A stretch of DNA of 45,287 bases from Hyphomicrobiaceae bacterium. Lineage in GTDB: Bacteria; Pseudomonadota; Alphaproteobacteria; Rhizobiales; Hyphomicrobiaceae. Under the pieces are notes generated by a model. The model was given only the letters and a program-made list of their open reading frames with translations, made no database searches and was not told the origin of the DNA. Both the position numbers and the translations under genes were made by a program. The DNA is taken from contig JANXYD010000418.1 in the NCBI GenBank assembly GCA_025350265.1, positions 1-45,287 of the forward strand, given 5' to 3'. This document shows, in pieces, positions 8,858 to 18,541 of this stretch. How positions within the stretch are numbered: the stretch's first letter is position 1; the number at the start of each line of letters is the position of its first letter.

Positions 8858-9628
8858 TCAGTCCAGCAGCAGCCGCCGCGCCCTTTCCAGGTCTTCCGGC
8901 GTATCCACGCCGAGCGGCACCGTCTCGACCACCATTACGTCGATCCGCATGCCGTTTTCCAGCGCCCGCAATTGCTCGAGCCGTTCCCGCCGCTCCAACG
9001 GCGACGGCGGCAGGTTCACAAATCGTTCCAGCGCCGCCCGCCGATAGCCATAGATTCCGATGTGGTGGTACAGCGGGCCTTCGCCAGTGGGTGCGGTGGC
9101 ACGCGTAAAATACAGCGCGCGCAGCCGACGCGGCACGCGGACGTCGTCGCACGGTGTGCCGGTGATCTCGTCTACCGGCGTGCCCACCGCCTTGACCACA
9201 TTCGGGTTACTGCGTTCGGAGGCCTCGCGAATTTCAGCGGCCAGCGTCGCGATATCGACCACCGCGTTGCGCAGCGGTGCTAAGCAATCCTTGATCAACC
9301 TTGGCTCCAGCGTCGGCAGGTCGCCTTGCAGGTTGACGATGAATTCTATCTCGCCGCCCGGATCGATTGCGCCCAGCGCCTCGTGGATGCGATCGGAGCC
9401 GGTGCTGTGGGTATCCCGCGTCATTACCGCTTCCCCGCCGACCGCCGCGATGACAGACGCGATATCGGCACTGTCCGTGGCGACGATGACGCGGCCGATA
9501 TCGGCCGCCACCGCGCGCCGCCACACATGCACGATCATCGGCGTTCCCCCGATATCGGCCAACGGCTTGTCGGGCAGCCGCGTCGCCTTCAGCCGCGCGG
9601 GTATGGCAACCAGGGTTTTCCGCACCAT
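8858..9628 (-). CDS. kdsB: 3-deoxy-manno-octulosonate cytidylyltransferase (CMP-KDO synthetase)
   Basis: [36 protein letters not shown]...ATDS...VNLQGDLP...HIGIYGYR matches KdsB along its whole length. GAGGAG lies upstream of ATG 9628. Confidence 0.9.
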   Translation of the reverse strand: MVRKTLVAIPARLKATRLPDKPLADIGGTPMIVHVWRRAVAADIGRVIVATDSADIASVIAAVGGEAVMTRDTHSTGSDRIHEALGAIDPGGEIEFIVNLQGDLPTLEPRLIKDCLAPLRNAVVDIATLAAEIREASERSNPNVVKAVGTPVDEITGTPCDDVRVPRRLRALYFTRATAPTGEGPLYHHIGIYGYRRAALERFVNLPPSPLERRERLEQLRALENGMRIDVMVVETVPLGVDTPEDLERARRLLLD

Positions 9629-9841
9629 CGCTCTCCTCGGGGGCCGTCAGGGCACCGACCGGTGACAATTCGCCTCGGGTCGGCACGACATAACCTAACC
9701 TACGGCTGTTGCAAGCCCGGGGTGGAACCGTATATTTCCGCCGAGCAGATCGCTTGCGGTGCCAGCCGCGGCGCGTGGTGGGGCGAGGCATCGAAACCTT
9801 CGACAAGCCTCGATCGGGCAGGGGACGGCGAAAGTCAGCAC

Positions 9842-10429
9842 ATGAGCAATTCCGACAAACTCAATAACATCGCGATGTCCGTATTGGCGGCAGCGCTGTT
9901 CGCTTTCGGCGGCAAGACGATGCTCGACATCGTCGGGCGTACGCATGCGCCGGAAAAACCGAGCTATGCCCTGCCGGTCAGCAAGAGCGAGGGTGCCACC
10001 GCCAGCGCCGGGGCTGAAGCCTTCAGTTTCGCCAAGGTCTCGCAATTGTTGCCGAAGGCCAACGCCGACGCGGGCGCCGACACGTTCAAGAAATGCGCGG
10101 CCTGCCACACCGATGCCAGCGGCGCGCCGAACAAGGTCGGCCCGAACTTGTGGGGCGTCATCAACCGGCCCGTCGCCAAGCATGAAGGCTTTGCCTATTC
10201 CGACGCGATGAAAGCTAAGACCGGCAACTGGACCTGGGACGCCCTTGCCACCTATCTGCACGATCCGCGCGAGACGGTGCCCGGCAACAAGATGGCCTTC
10301 GCCGGCATTACCGATGATGCCGATCTGGCTGACCTGCTGGTCTACTTGCGCAAACAGTCGGACAAGCCGGCCGATTTGCCAGTACCGGCTGCGGCCCCCG
10401 CTCCGGCACCAGCACCGGCTGCCAAGTAA
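9842..10429 (+). CDS. cycM: Membrane-anchored mitochondrial-type cytochrome c (CycM-like)
   Basis: From ATG 9842: an N-terminal TM anchor (IAMSVLAAALFAFGG), then a class I cytochrome c domain with heme motif CAACH and GPNLWGV...GNKMAFAGI. Ends in a Pro/Ala-rich tail. The upstream part of ORF 9326..10429 is antisense to kdsB and I discard it. Confidence 0.8.
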   Translation: MSNSDKLNNIAMSVLAAALFAFGGKTMLDIVGRTHAPEKPSYALPVSKSEGATASAGAEAFSFAKVSQLLPKANADAGADTFKKCAACHTDASGAPNKVGPNLWGVINRPVAKHEGFAYSDAMKAKTGNWTWDALATYLHDPRETVPGNKMAFAGITDDADLADLLVYLRKQSDKPADLPVPAAAPAPAPAPAAK

Positions 10430-10511
10430 CCGCCGGCAATACAAACGAGCAGCTCGTTAGATCTGTTACACCGCCAGCCTTCCGCCTGCGTTGTCATTTC
10501 GTGCGAGGTAT

Positions 10512-10536
10512 CCTTCGCGCGGAGAGCCGGGATCTT
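10512..10536. repeat. Half copy of the REP-like element seen at 2965-3021
   Basis: 25/25-nt identity (CCTTCGCGCGGAGAGCCGGGATCTT) with 2965-2989. The complementary right arm is missing here. Confidence 0.5.
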
Positions 10537-10603
10537 ACCCGCACGCCGGTTTGGCAAAAAACTGTTGTCGCCAAGGGCCGATCGAAATTTTTTCGCTCCA
10601 CTC

Positions 10604-10632
10604 AGCCCTGCACTTCGGTGCGGGGCTTTTTT
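10604..10632 (+). terminator. Rho-independent terminator
   Basis: Left arm AGCCCTGCAC, loop TTCG, right arm GTGCGGGGCT (9/10 bp pair, UUCG tetraloop), followed directly by TTTTTT. Lies 175 nt downstream of the cytochrome c stop and 130 nt upstream of yejA. Confidence 0.6.
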
Positions 10633-10764
10633 GTGCGGATTCTGGTCGAACTGGCACCAAACACCGCCGTCATGAAAAACTTGTAACTGGAAATCGATGC
10701 GTGCGTGCAACATGCTAAGGACATAACGGTTATGCAATATGGCCGGAACGGTGGAGACACGTAC

Positions 10765-12612
10765 ATGGGCAGACCTGCCATGCTGAAACTGGCGGCGTTG
10801 GTTGCTGTCGGAGCGATCGGTTGGTTATTGCCTGTGGGCTGTGCGGTCGCAGCCGACACGCGGCATTATGCGGTGTCGCTCGTCGGTGATCCGAAAGAGG
10901 GTCCCGAATTCAAGACCTTCGGCTGGGTCAATCCCGATGCTCCCAAGGGCGGCCGTGTCAGACAGTTCGCCAACGGCAGCTACGACAGCCTCAATCAATT
11001 TCCCGCTCAAGGCCAACCCGCCAGCGGTTTGACGCTGATCTACGACCTGTTGTTCGCGCGCAGCCCCGATGAAGCCGCGACCGGGTATGGCCTGATCGCC
11101 GAGTGGCTGTCCTATCCCGCCGACTACAGCTCCGTGACATTCGGCTTGCGCGCCATCGCCCGCTTCAACGACGGCACGCCAATCACGCCGGAAGACGTCG
11201 TGTTCTCGCTCGACGCGCTCAAGAAAGCGTCCCCGCTCTATTCGACCTATTACAAGCACGTGATCAAAGCCGAAAAGACCGGCCCGCTCGAAGTCCGCTT
11301 CGAATTCGACGTCAAGGACAATCGCGAACTGCCGCAGATCGTTTCGGAACTGCCGATATTGCCGAAGTTCTGGTGGGAGGCAAAGGCTGCGTCCGGCGAG
11401 CCACGCGACATCATGAAGTCATCGCTGGAAGTGCCACTTGGCTCAGGTCCCTACAAGATCAAGTCGTTCGAACCCGGCCGCTCGATCGTCTACGAACGCG
11501 TCGCCAACTGGTGGGCCAAGGATCTGCCGGTATCGAAAGGCCAATGGAACTTCGACGAAATCGACATCGCCTATTATCGCGATCGGATCGCGCCGTTTGA
11601 AAGTTTCAAGCGCGGCGATCTCGATTATTGGGCCGAACCGTCAGCAAAGAATTGGGCCACCGAATACGAGTTCGACGCCGTGCGGAAAGGCTTCATCAAA
11701 AAGGAATCGATCCCCGTCAAGCGTGTCGCCGCCATGCAGTCGTTCGTCATGAACCTCAGACGCAAAGTCTTCCAGGACGTGCGTGTGCGGCACGCCTTCA
11801 ATCTCGCTTTCGATTTCGACTGGGCCAACAAAAACCTGTTTTTCGGTCAGTACACCCGCCTCAACAGCTACTTCGACAATTCCGAACTTGCCGCACGTGG
11901 CTTGCCGGAGGGCCGCGAGCTTGAAATTCTCAACGAGGTGAAGGCTGATTTGCCCGCAGAGGTCTTCACGACCGAGTTCAAACCGCCGGAAGGGGACGCC
12001 CGGCACAATTTGGCGGCGGCATCAAAATTGCTGACCGAAGCTGGCTACGTCAACAAAGGTGGCGTTCTGGTCAACGCGGCCGGCCAAGCGCTGGCGTTCG
12101 AATTCCTGCTCGACGATCCGTCGCTCGACCGCGTCATACAGCCTTATGCGCAAGCGCTTCAGAAGCTCGGCGTCAAGGTGTCGATCCGCCAGGTCGACAG
12201 CGCTCAATACGAGCGTCGCATTCTCGACTTCGACTACGACATGATCTTCGGCCAGTTCGCGCAGTCGGAGAGCCCCGGCAACGAACAGCGCGAATTCTTC
12301 GGCACGTCCACCGTCGATGTCCGTGGCAGCCACAACAGCGCCGGCATTGCCAATAAGGCCGTCGACGCCATTATCGAGAAAGTGATCTTCGCCACAAACC
12401 GTGCCGACCTGGTGGCAGCCACCCGTGCGCTCGACCGCACGCTGCTGTGGAACTATTACGTTGTGCCGACCTGGTATCGATCGGCGGAATGGGTTGCCTC
12501 GTGGGACAAATTCGGTCGCCCACCGACGCTGCCCGCCCGCGCCGTCAGCTTCCTGCAGACTTGGTGGCTCGACGCCGACAAAGCCAAGGCATTGGCCGCG
12601 CGCAGTCAATGA
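10765..12612 (+). CDS. yejA: ABC transporter substrate-binding protein, family 5 (YejA-like, peptide/microcin C type), copy 1
   Basis: ATG 10765 has GGAG 8 nt upstream. Signal peptide MGRPAMLKLAALVAVGAIGWLLPVGCAVAA. Motifs VNPDAPKGG, LGSGPYKI and FDFDWANKNLFF are typical of YejA-type SBPs. Confidence 0.85.
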   Translation: MGRPAMLKLAALVAVGAIGWLLPVGCAVAADTRHYAVSLVGDPKEGPEFKTFGWVNPDAPKGGRVRQFANGSYDSLNQFPAQGQPASGLTLIYDLLFARSPDEAATGYGLIAEWLSYPADYSSVTFGLRAIARFNDGTPITPEDVVFSLDALKKASPLYSTYYKHVIKAEKTGPLEVRFEFDVKDNRELPQIVSELPILPKFWWEAKAASGEPRDIMKSSLEVPLGSGPYKIKSFEPGRSIVYERVANWWAKDLPVSKGQWNFDEIDIAYYRDRIAPFESFKRGDLDYWAEPSAKNWATEYEFDAVRKGFIKKESIPVKRVAAMQSFVMNLRRKVFQDVRVRHAFNLAFDFDWANKNLFFGQYTRLNSYFDNSELAARGLPEGRELEILNEVKADLPAEVFTTEFKPPEGDARHNLAAASKLLTEAGYVNKGGVLVNAAGQALAFEFLLDDPSLDRVIQPYAQALQKLGVKVSIRQVDSAQYERRILDFDYDMIFGQFAQSESPGNEQREFFGTSTVDVRGSHNSAGIANKAVDAIIEKVIFATNRADLVAATRALDRTLLWNYYVVPTWYRSAEWVASWDKFGRPPTLPARAVSFLQTWWLDADKAKALAARSQ

Positions 12613-12648
12613 CTGCGGCGATGACACTTACAACGAGAGAGGTTGAGT

Positions 12649-14487
12649 ATGCAGAGATCGCGGCGGCATGGATGGGTCCGACTGGCACTCGCTGGTGCGC
12701 TCGGCGTGTTGGCCGCCGCCCCCGCCTCGGCTGAGCCACGCCATGGCCTCGCAGTCTTTGGTGATCTCAAATACAAACCCGGTTTCGCCCACTTCGACTA
12801 CGTCAATCCCGATGCACCGAAAGGCGGCAAACTCGTCACCATCGGCACCCAGGCGCTCGATACCTTCGACAGCTTCAATGCCGTCATTCTCAAGGGTGAT
12901 AGCGCGCAGGGCATCCTCGAGCTGGTCTATGATTCATTGATGGCGCGCGCCACCGATGAACCCGATTCGATGTACGGTCTGCTGGCCGAAAGCGCCGACG
13001 TTGCAGCCGACAAACGCTCCGTCACGTTCAAGCTTCGCCCGGAAGCCAAGTTCGCCGACGGCACGCCCGTCACCGCCGAAGACTGCGCGTTTTCCTTCAC
13101 AGCGCTGAAAACGAAGGGGCATCCGATGTACGGCAGCCTGCTTCGCAACGTACAAACGGCAATCGCGCTCGACACCCACACCATCCGCTACACGTTTGCA
13201 GGTGACGAACTGCGCGACCTGCCGGAGGTGGTGGCGTCCATGCCGGTGTTGCCGAAAGCGTTCTACGATGTGCATCCTCTCGAGGAGACGTGGCTGCATC
13301 CACCGCTGGGTTCTGGCCCCTACAAGATCGGTGCCTATAACCAAGGCACATCGGTCTCCTTCGTGCGGCGCCCGGATTATTGGGCCAAAGACCTCAACGT
13401 CATGCGCGGCCGCTATAACTTCGACGAGATCCGCTACGATTATTTCCGCCTGCGCACCGCAGGCGTGCAGGCGCTGAAGGCCGGCAGCATCGACCTGCGC
13501 GAGGAATTCACCTCCAAGGAATGGGCCACCGGCTACGATATTCCGGCGGTCCGTGAAAAGCGCTTGTTGATGGCAACCCTTGCCGATCACAACCCGACCG
13601 GCACGCAGGGCTATTGGATCAATACGCGGCGGGCGAAATTCGCCGACCCACGTGTGCGGCTGGCGCTTGGCAACGCATTTGATTTTGAATGGGCCAACAA
13701 GAACCTGTTCTTCAACGCCTACAAGCGCACGCACAGCTATTTCGAGAATTCGACACTCAAGGCGTCTGGTGCGCCATCGGCCGAGGAGCTGGCGCTGCTC
13801 GAACCGTTTCGTGCGACCCTGCCGCCTGAAGTTTTCGATAGCGCCTATGTGCCCGCCGTTTCCGATGGCAGCGGCTCCGATCGAAAAATGATGGCTGAGA
13901 GCGCGCGCCTGCTCACCTTAGCCGGTTACGTCCTGAAGGACGGCAAGCGGGTGATGCCGAATGGCCAACCTTTCGACATCGAGTTTCTGATCAGCGATCC
14001 CTCCAGCACGCGCATTCTTGGTGGCTTCGTCGCCAATCTGGAGCACCTCGGCGTCACAGTCACTGTCCGCCAGGTCGACGAAGCGCAATATCTGCGCCGC
14101 TCCAAGTCGTTCGACTACGACATCGTCGGTTCGCGTTTCTCCATGCAGATGATCCCCGGAGCCGAACTGAAGAATTTCTTCGGGAGCGAGGCCGCCGCCA
14201 GCGAGGGCAGCTTCAATTTGTCCGGCATCAAAGATCCGGTCATCGACGCGTTGATCACGACAGTTGCGACGGCCGAGACCCGCGAGGCGCTGCAAATTGC
14301 AGGCCGTACCCTCGACCGGGCGCTGCGCGCTGGATACTACTGGGTACCCAACTGGTACAAGGGTACCCACACCATCGCGTACTGGGACAAGTTCGATGCG
14401 CCGGCGAAAGCTCCGTTGTATGCGACCGGCATTCTCGATACGTGGTGGTACGACCGCGACAAAGCTGCAAAACTTGTCACCAACTGA
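12649..14487 (+). CDS. yejA: ABC transporter substrate-binding protein, family 5 (YejA-like), copy 2
   Basis: ATG 12649 follows GAGAGAGG (the track start 12643 is TTG). Signal peptide ends ...LAAAPASA. Shares the collinear motifs VNPDAPKGG, LGSGPYKI and FDFEWANKNLFF with copy 1. Confidence 0.85.
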   Translation: MQRSRRHGWVRLALAGALGVLAAAPASAEPRHGLAVFGDLKYKPGFAHFDYVNPDAPKGGKLVTIGTQALDTFDSFNAVILKGDSAQGILELVYDSLMARATDEPDSMYGLLAESADVAADKRSVTFKLRPEAKFADGTPVTAEDCAFSFTALKTKGHPMYGSLLRNVQTAIALDTHTIRYTFAGDELRDLPEVVASMPVLPKAFYDVHPLEETWLHPPLGSGPYKIGAYNQGTSVSFVRRPDYWAKDLNVMRGRYNFDEIRYDYFRLRTAGVQALKAGSIDLREEFTSKEWATGYDIPAVREKRLLMATLADHNPTGTQGYWINTRRAKFADPRVRLALGNAFDFEWANKNLFFNAYKRTHSYFENSTLKASGAPSAEELALLEPFRATLPPEVFDSAYVPAVSDGSGSDRKMMAESARLLTLAGYVLKDGKRVMPNGQPFDIEFLISDPSSTRILGGFVANLEHLGVTVTVRQVDEAQYLRRSKSFDYDIVGSRFSMQMIPGAELKNFFGSEAAASEGSFNLSGIKDPVIDALITTVATAETREALQIAGRTLDRALRAGYYWVPNWYKGTHTIAYWDKFDAPAKAPLYATGILDTWWYDRDKAAKLVTN

Positions 14488-14511
14488 CCTCACACAAGCG
14501 AGCGACCAACG

Positions 14512-15621
14512 ATGGCCGCCTACCTCTTCAAACGCTTTCTGCTGATTTTTCCGACCCTGCTCGGCATCATGACGATCAGCTTCATCATCATTCAATTCGC
14601 GCCCGGCGGCCCCATCGAACGCATCATCGCGCAGGTGCAAGGGACTGAAGTATCGTCGGGCGATCGCGTCGGCGGCGGCGGCAGCGGCGATGGCATGGGC
14701 GGGCGCAGCGCCGGCTCGGCGCTAGGTGCGGAAAGCTCGAAATATCGCGGTGCGCAGGGGCTCGATCCGGCGTTCATCAAAAGCCTCGAAAAGCAATTCG
14801 GCTTCGACAAACCCGCCCACGAGCGGTTTTTGCTGATGTTGAAGAACTATGCGCTGTTCGACTTCGGCAAAAGCTACTTCCGCGATGTATCAGTGCTGCA
14901 GCTGATCCGCGAAAAGATGCCCGTGTCGATTTCACTCGGCATCTGGATGACGCTCGCCACGTATCTGTTGTCGATCCCGCTGGGCATCCGCAAGGCCGTG
15001 CACGACGGCGAGAAGTTCGACACCTGGACCTCCGGCGTGCTGGTGGTCGGCTATGCGCTGCCGGGCTTCCTCGTCGGCGTGTTGCTGCTCGTCGTGTTCG
15101 CCGGCGGCTCGTTCTTCCAGTGGTTTCCGTTGCGCGGCCTCACATCCGACAACTGGGCGACGCTGTCGTGGTTCGGCAAGGCCAAGGATTATGCCTGGCA
15201 TCTCGTATTGCCGCTGACCGCCCTCGCGCTCGCCTCCTTCACCACCATGACGTTTCTCACCAAGAACGCCTTCCTCGACGAGATTCGCAAACAATATGTC
15301 GTTACCGCGCGCGCCAAGGGCCTCACCGATCGGCGGGTGCTCTATGGCCATGTCTTTCGCAATGCGATGCTGCTCGTCATCGCCGGCTTCCCCGGTGCGT
15401 TCGTCAGCGCGTTCTTTTCCGGGTCGCTGCTGATCGAAAAGATCTTTTCGCTCGACGGTTTGGGTTTTCTCGGTTGGGACAGCCTGATCAATCGCGATTA
15501 TCCCGTGACGTTCGCGACCCTTTATATCTTCTCGCTGATGGGCCTGGTGGTGAAGTTGCTGTCGGATTTCATTTGCACCTTGATCGATCCTCGCATCGAT
15601 TTTGAATCCCGCGAGGTATGA
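14512..15621 (+). CDS. yejB: ABC transporter permease YejB
   Basis: MAAYLFKRFLLIFPTLLGIMTISFIIIQFAPGGP... with the Gly-rich periplasmic insert and ...YRGAQGLDP...FGFDKP.HERF characteristic of YejB. BPD-transporter fold. Confidence 0.9.
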   Translation: MAAYLFKRFLLIFPTLLGIMTISFIIIQFAPGGPIERIIAQVQGTEVSSGDRVGGGGSGDGMGGRSAGSALGAESSKYRGAQGLDPAFIKSLEKQFGFDKPAHERFLLMLKNYALFDFGKSYFRDVSVLQLIREKMPVSISLGIWMTLATYLLSIPLGIRKAVHDGEKFDTWTSGVLVVGYALPGFLVGVLLLVVFAGGSFFQWFPLRGLTSDNWATLSWFGKAKDYAWHLVLPLTALALASFTTMTFLTKNAFLDEIRKQYVVTARAKGLTDRRVLYGHVFRNAMLLVIAGFPGAFVSAFFSGSLLIEKIFSLDGLGFLGWDSLINRDYPVTFATLYIFSLMGLVVKLLSDFICTLIDPRIDFESREV

Positions 15622-16847
15622 CCGTGGACGTCCAACTCGCGCCAGTTCCCCGCACCGATCAGCACAATTCGGCACTCGACCGGCTGCCGCCGATCGCCGA
15701 AACGAACTTTGCCCCGCCGCCGGAAACATGGCGGAAGCTGAGCCCGATCAACCGCCGCCGTTGGCATAATTTCAAATCCAACAAACGTGGCTATTACAGC
15801 CTCATCCTGTTTGCGACCATGTTCGGGTTGAGCCTGTTCGCCGAGATCCTCGCCAACGACAAGCCGATCTTCGCATCCTACAAGGGCGAATGGCTGATGC
15901 CGGTGCTGGTCAACTACCCCGAGGAGAAGTTCGGCGGTTTCCTCGCCATCACCGACTACAAGGACCCGGTGATCCACGACGAGATCAACGCCCACGGCTG
16001 GATGCTCTGGCCGCCGATCCGTTATTCCTATTCGTCGATCAACAAAGACACTCCGCACACCAAATCGACGTTGGGCGCATGCCTGGCGTTCCCCGATCCG
16101 CCGCCGTGGGCCTCCAGCGCAAAACTCTGCGATGCACCTGCCGATCAGCTGCAGCGCTTCAACACGCTCGGCAATCGCAATTGGCTCGGCACCGACGATC
16201 AAGGCCGCGACGTGCTCGCGCGGCTGATTTACGGCTTTCGCATCTCGGTGTTGTTCGGTTTGATTCTCACCACGCTGTCGACGATTCTCGGCGTCACGGC
16301 GGGCGCGGTGCAAGGGTATTTCGGCGGCAAGATCGATATCCTGTTCCAGCGCTTCATGGAAATCTGGGCGTCTATCCCGACGCTGTACGTGCTGATCATC
16401 ATTTCATCGGTCCTGCCGTCGGGCTTCTGGGTGTTGCTCGGCATTCTCGTGCTGTTTGAGTGGGTGCATCTGGTCAATCTCGTGCGCGCCGAGTTCCTGC
16501 GCGGGCGCAATCTCGAATATGTGACTGCCGCCCGCGCGCTCGGGCTTTCCAACGTCAAGATCATGTACAAGCACATCCTGCCCAACGCCGCGATCGCGAC
16601 GTTGACGTTCGTGCCATTCATGCTTTCCGGCGCGATCACGGCGCTGACGTCGCTCGACTTCCTCGGGCTCGGCCTGCCGCCGGGTTCGCCCTCGCTCGGC
16701 GAGTTGGCGCAACAGGCCTACTCCAACCTGCAGGCGCCATGGCTCGGCATCGCCGCGTTCTTTTCCATCGCCTCGCTGCTCAGCTTGCTGATCTTCATCG
16801 GCGAAGGCGTGCGCGACGCGCTCGATCCCAGAAAGACCTTCAGATGA
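15618..16847 (+). CDS. yejE: ABC transporter permease YejE
   Basis: ATGA overlap with yejB. SPINRRRWHNFKSNKRGYYSLILF and the NWLGTDDQGRDVLARLIYGFRISV motif are typical of YejE/OppC-type permeases. Confidence 0.9.
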   Translation: MTVDVQLAPVPRTDQHNSALDRLPPIAETNFAPPPETWRKLSPINRRRWHNFKSNKRGYYSLILFATMFGLSLFAEILANDKPIFASYKGEWLMPVLVNYPEEKFGGFLAITDYKDPVIHDEINAHGWMLWPPIRYSYSSINKDTPHTKSTLGACLAFPDPPPWASSAKLCDAPADQLQRFNTLGNRNWLGTDDQGRDVLARLIYGFRISVLFGLILTTLSTILGVTAGAVQGYFGGKIDILFQRFMEIWASIPTLYVLIIISSVLPSGFWVLLGILVLFEWVHLVNLVRAEFLRGRNLEYVTAARALGLSNVKIMYKHILPNAAIATLTFVPFMLSGAITALTSLDFLGLGLPPGSPSLGELAQQAYSNLQAPWLGIAAFFSIASLLSLLIFIGEGVRDALDPRKTFR

Positions 16848-18541
16848 CCGACCAGGTAGTGCTCGCGCCGGTCGCAGGCCTCACCGCCGCGCAGAACGCC
16901 TCGGCCCTGCGCGAGGCCAATACGCTCGTCCGGGTGCGCGATCTGCAGGTGGCTTTCGGCCACGGCACGCAGCAGACGCTCGCCGTCAAGGGCATCTCGT
17001 TCTCGATCGCCAAAGGCGAGACGGTCGCGTTGGTGGGCGAAAGTGGGTCCGGCAAGACGGTATCGGCGATGTCGATCTTGAAGCTGCTGCCCTACCCCGC
17101 GGCATCGCACCCGACCGGCGAGATCTTCTTCGAAGGCACCGATCTTCTGCATGCGCCGGAAACGGCGATGCGCGCCATCCGCGGCCATCGCATCTCCGTC
17201 ATCTTTCAAGAGCCGATGACCTCGCTCAATCCGCTGCAGACGATCGAGACCCAAGTCACCGAAATCGTCAAATTGCACCAAGGCCTCGATGACGCCGCAG
17301 CGCGTGCCAAGATGCTTGTGCTGCTCAAGCGGGTCGGCATTCCCGAGCCGGAGAAGCGGCTGAGTGCCTACCCGCATCAGCTCTCCGGCGGCCAACGGCA
17401 GCGCGTCATGATCGCCATGGCGTTAGCCAACGAGCCGGACCTGCTGATCGCCGACGAGCCCACCACCGCCCTCGACGTCACGATCCAGGCGCAAATCCTC
17501 GAACTGCTCGCCGAACTCAAGGCCGAAACCGGCATGGCGATGCTGCTGATCACGCACGACCTCAACATCGTCCGCAAGCTTGCCGAACGCGTCTACGTCA
17601 TGCGCCATGGCCAGATCGTCGAAACTGGATACACCGAGCAGATATTCTCCGATCCCAAAAATGCCTACACGCGCATGCTCATTTCATCCGAGCCGAAAGG
17701 GCGCGCGCCCGATCCACAGCCTGACGCGAAAATCATGGTCGAGGCCGACAACCTGAAAGTCTGGTTTCCCATCAAGCACGGCCTGTTGCGCCGCACCGTC
17801 GACCATATCAAGGCCGTCGACGGCATCTCGTTCAAACTCCGGCAGGGTGAAACCATCGGTGTGGTGGGCGAATCCGGCTCCGGCAAGACGACGCTGGGGC
17901 TCGCGGTGCTGCGACTGGTGGCCTCGCAAGGGCCGATCCTGTACATGGGCCGCCGGCTCGACGGACTCGACAGCAGCGCCATGCGTCCGCTTCGGCGCGA
18001 CATGCAGATCGTGTTCCAGGATCCCTACGGCGCGCTGTCGCCGCGCCTGTCCATCGGCCAGATCATCGAGGAGGGGCTGACAATCCAATACCCCGGGCTG
18101 GCGGCCACATCGCGACGCCTGAAGGTCGCCGAAGCGCTCGAAACCGTCGGGCTTCCCGGTGACGCACAGGATCGTTATCCGCACGAGTTTTCCGGCGGCC
18201 AGCGCCAGCGCATCGCAATTGCGCGCGCGATGGTGCTGGAGCCGAAATTCATCATGCTCGACGAACCGACCAGCGCGCTTGATCGCAGCGTGCAGGCGCA
18301 AATCGTCGACCTCCTGCGCAATCTGCAGCAGGAGCGCGGATTGTCCTACCTGTTCATCAGCCACGACTTGCGCGTCGTGCGCGCGCTCGCCAACTACATC
18401 ATCGTCATGAAAAGCGGCCGCATCGTTGAACAAGGGCCGGCCGACGCGATCTTCGATCACCCGGAGCAGCCCTACACCAAGGCGTTGCTGGCTGCGGCTT
18501 TCGATCTTCGCTCAGTGCAGCGTGAGTCGGTTGCGTCGTGA
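16844..18541 (+). CDS. yejF: ABC transporter ATP-binding protein YejF (two fused ATPase domains)
   Basis: ATGA overlap with yejE at 16844-16847. Two Walker A motifs (GESGSGKT twice), two signature motifs ([16 protein letters not shown]) and two Walker B motifs ([24 protein letters not shown]). The upstream 128 codons of ORF 16460..18541 are an out-of-gene extension. Confidence 0.9.
   Translation: MTDQVVLAPVAGLTAAQNASALREANTLVRVRDLQVAFGHGTQQTLAVKGISFSIAKGETVALVGESGSGKTVSAMSILKLLPYPAASHPTGEIFFEGTDLLHAPETAMRAIRGHRISVIFQEPMTSLNPLQTIETQVTEIVKLHQGLDDAAARAKMLVLLKRVGIPEPEKRLSAYPHQLSGGQRQRVMIAMALANEPDLLIADEPTTALDVTIQAQILELLAELKAETGMAMLLITHDLNIVRKLAERVYVMRHGQIVETGYTEQIFSDPKNAYTRMLISSEPKGRAPDPQPDAKIMVEADNLKVWFPIKHGLLRRTVDHIKAVDGISFKLRQGETIGVVGESGSGKTTLGLAVLRLVASQGPILYMGRRLDGLDSSAMRPLRRDMQIVFQDPYGALSPRLSIGQIIEEGLTIQYPGLAATSRRLKVAEALETVGLPGDAQDRYPHEFSGGQRQRIAIARAMVLEPKFIMLDEPTSALDRSVQAQIVDLLRNLQQERGLSYLFISHDLRVVRALANYIIVMKSGRIVEQGPADAIFDHPEQPYTKALLAAAFDLRSVQRESVAS

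Noticed and set aside
12934-18460. A series of 200-270-aa minus-strand ORFs across the yej operon (12934-13734, 13918-14640, 14932-15729, 15522-16313, 16718-17395, 17684-18460).
   Set aside because: All are antisense to strongly supported ABC-transporter genes. Their composition and lack of motifs indicate GC-driven open frames.
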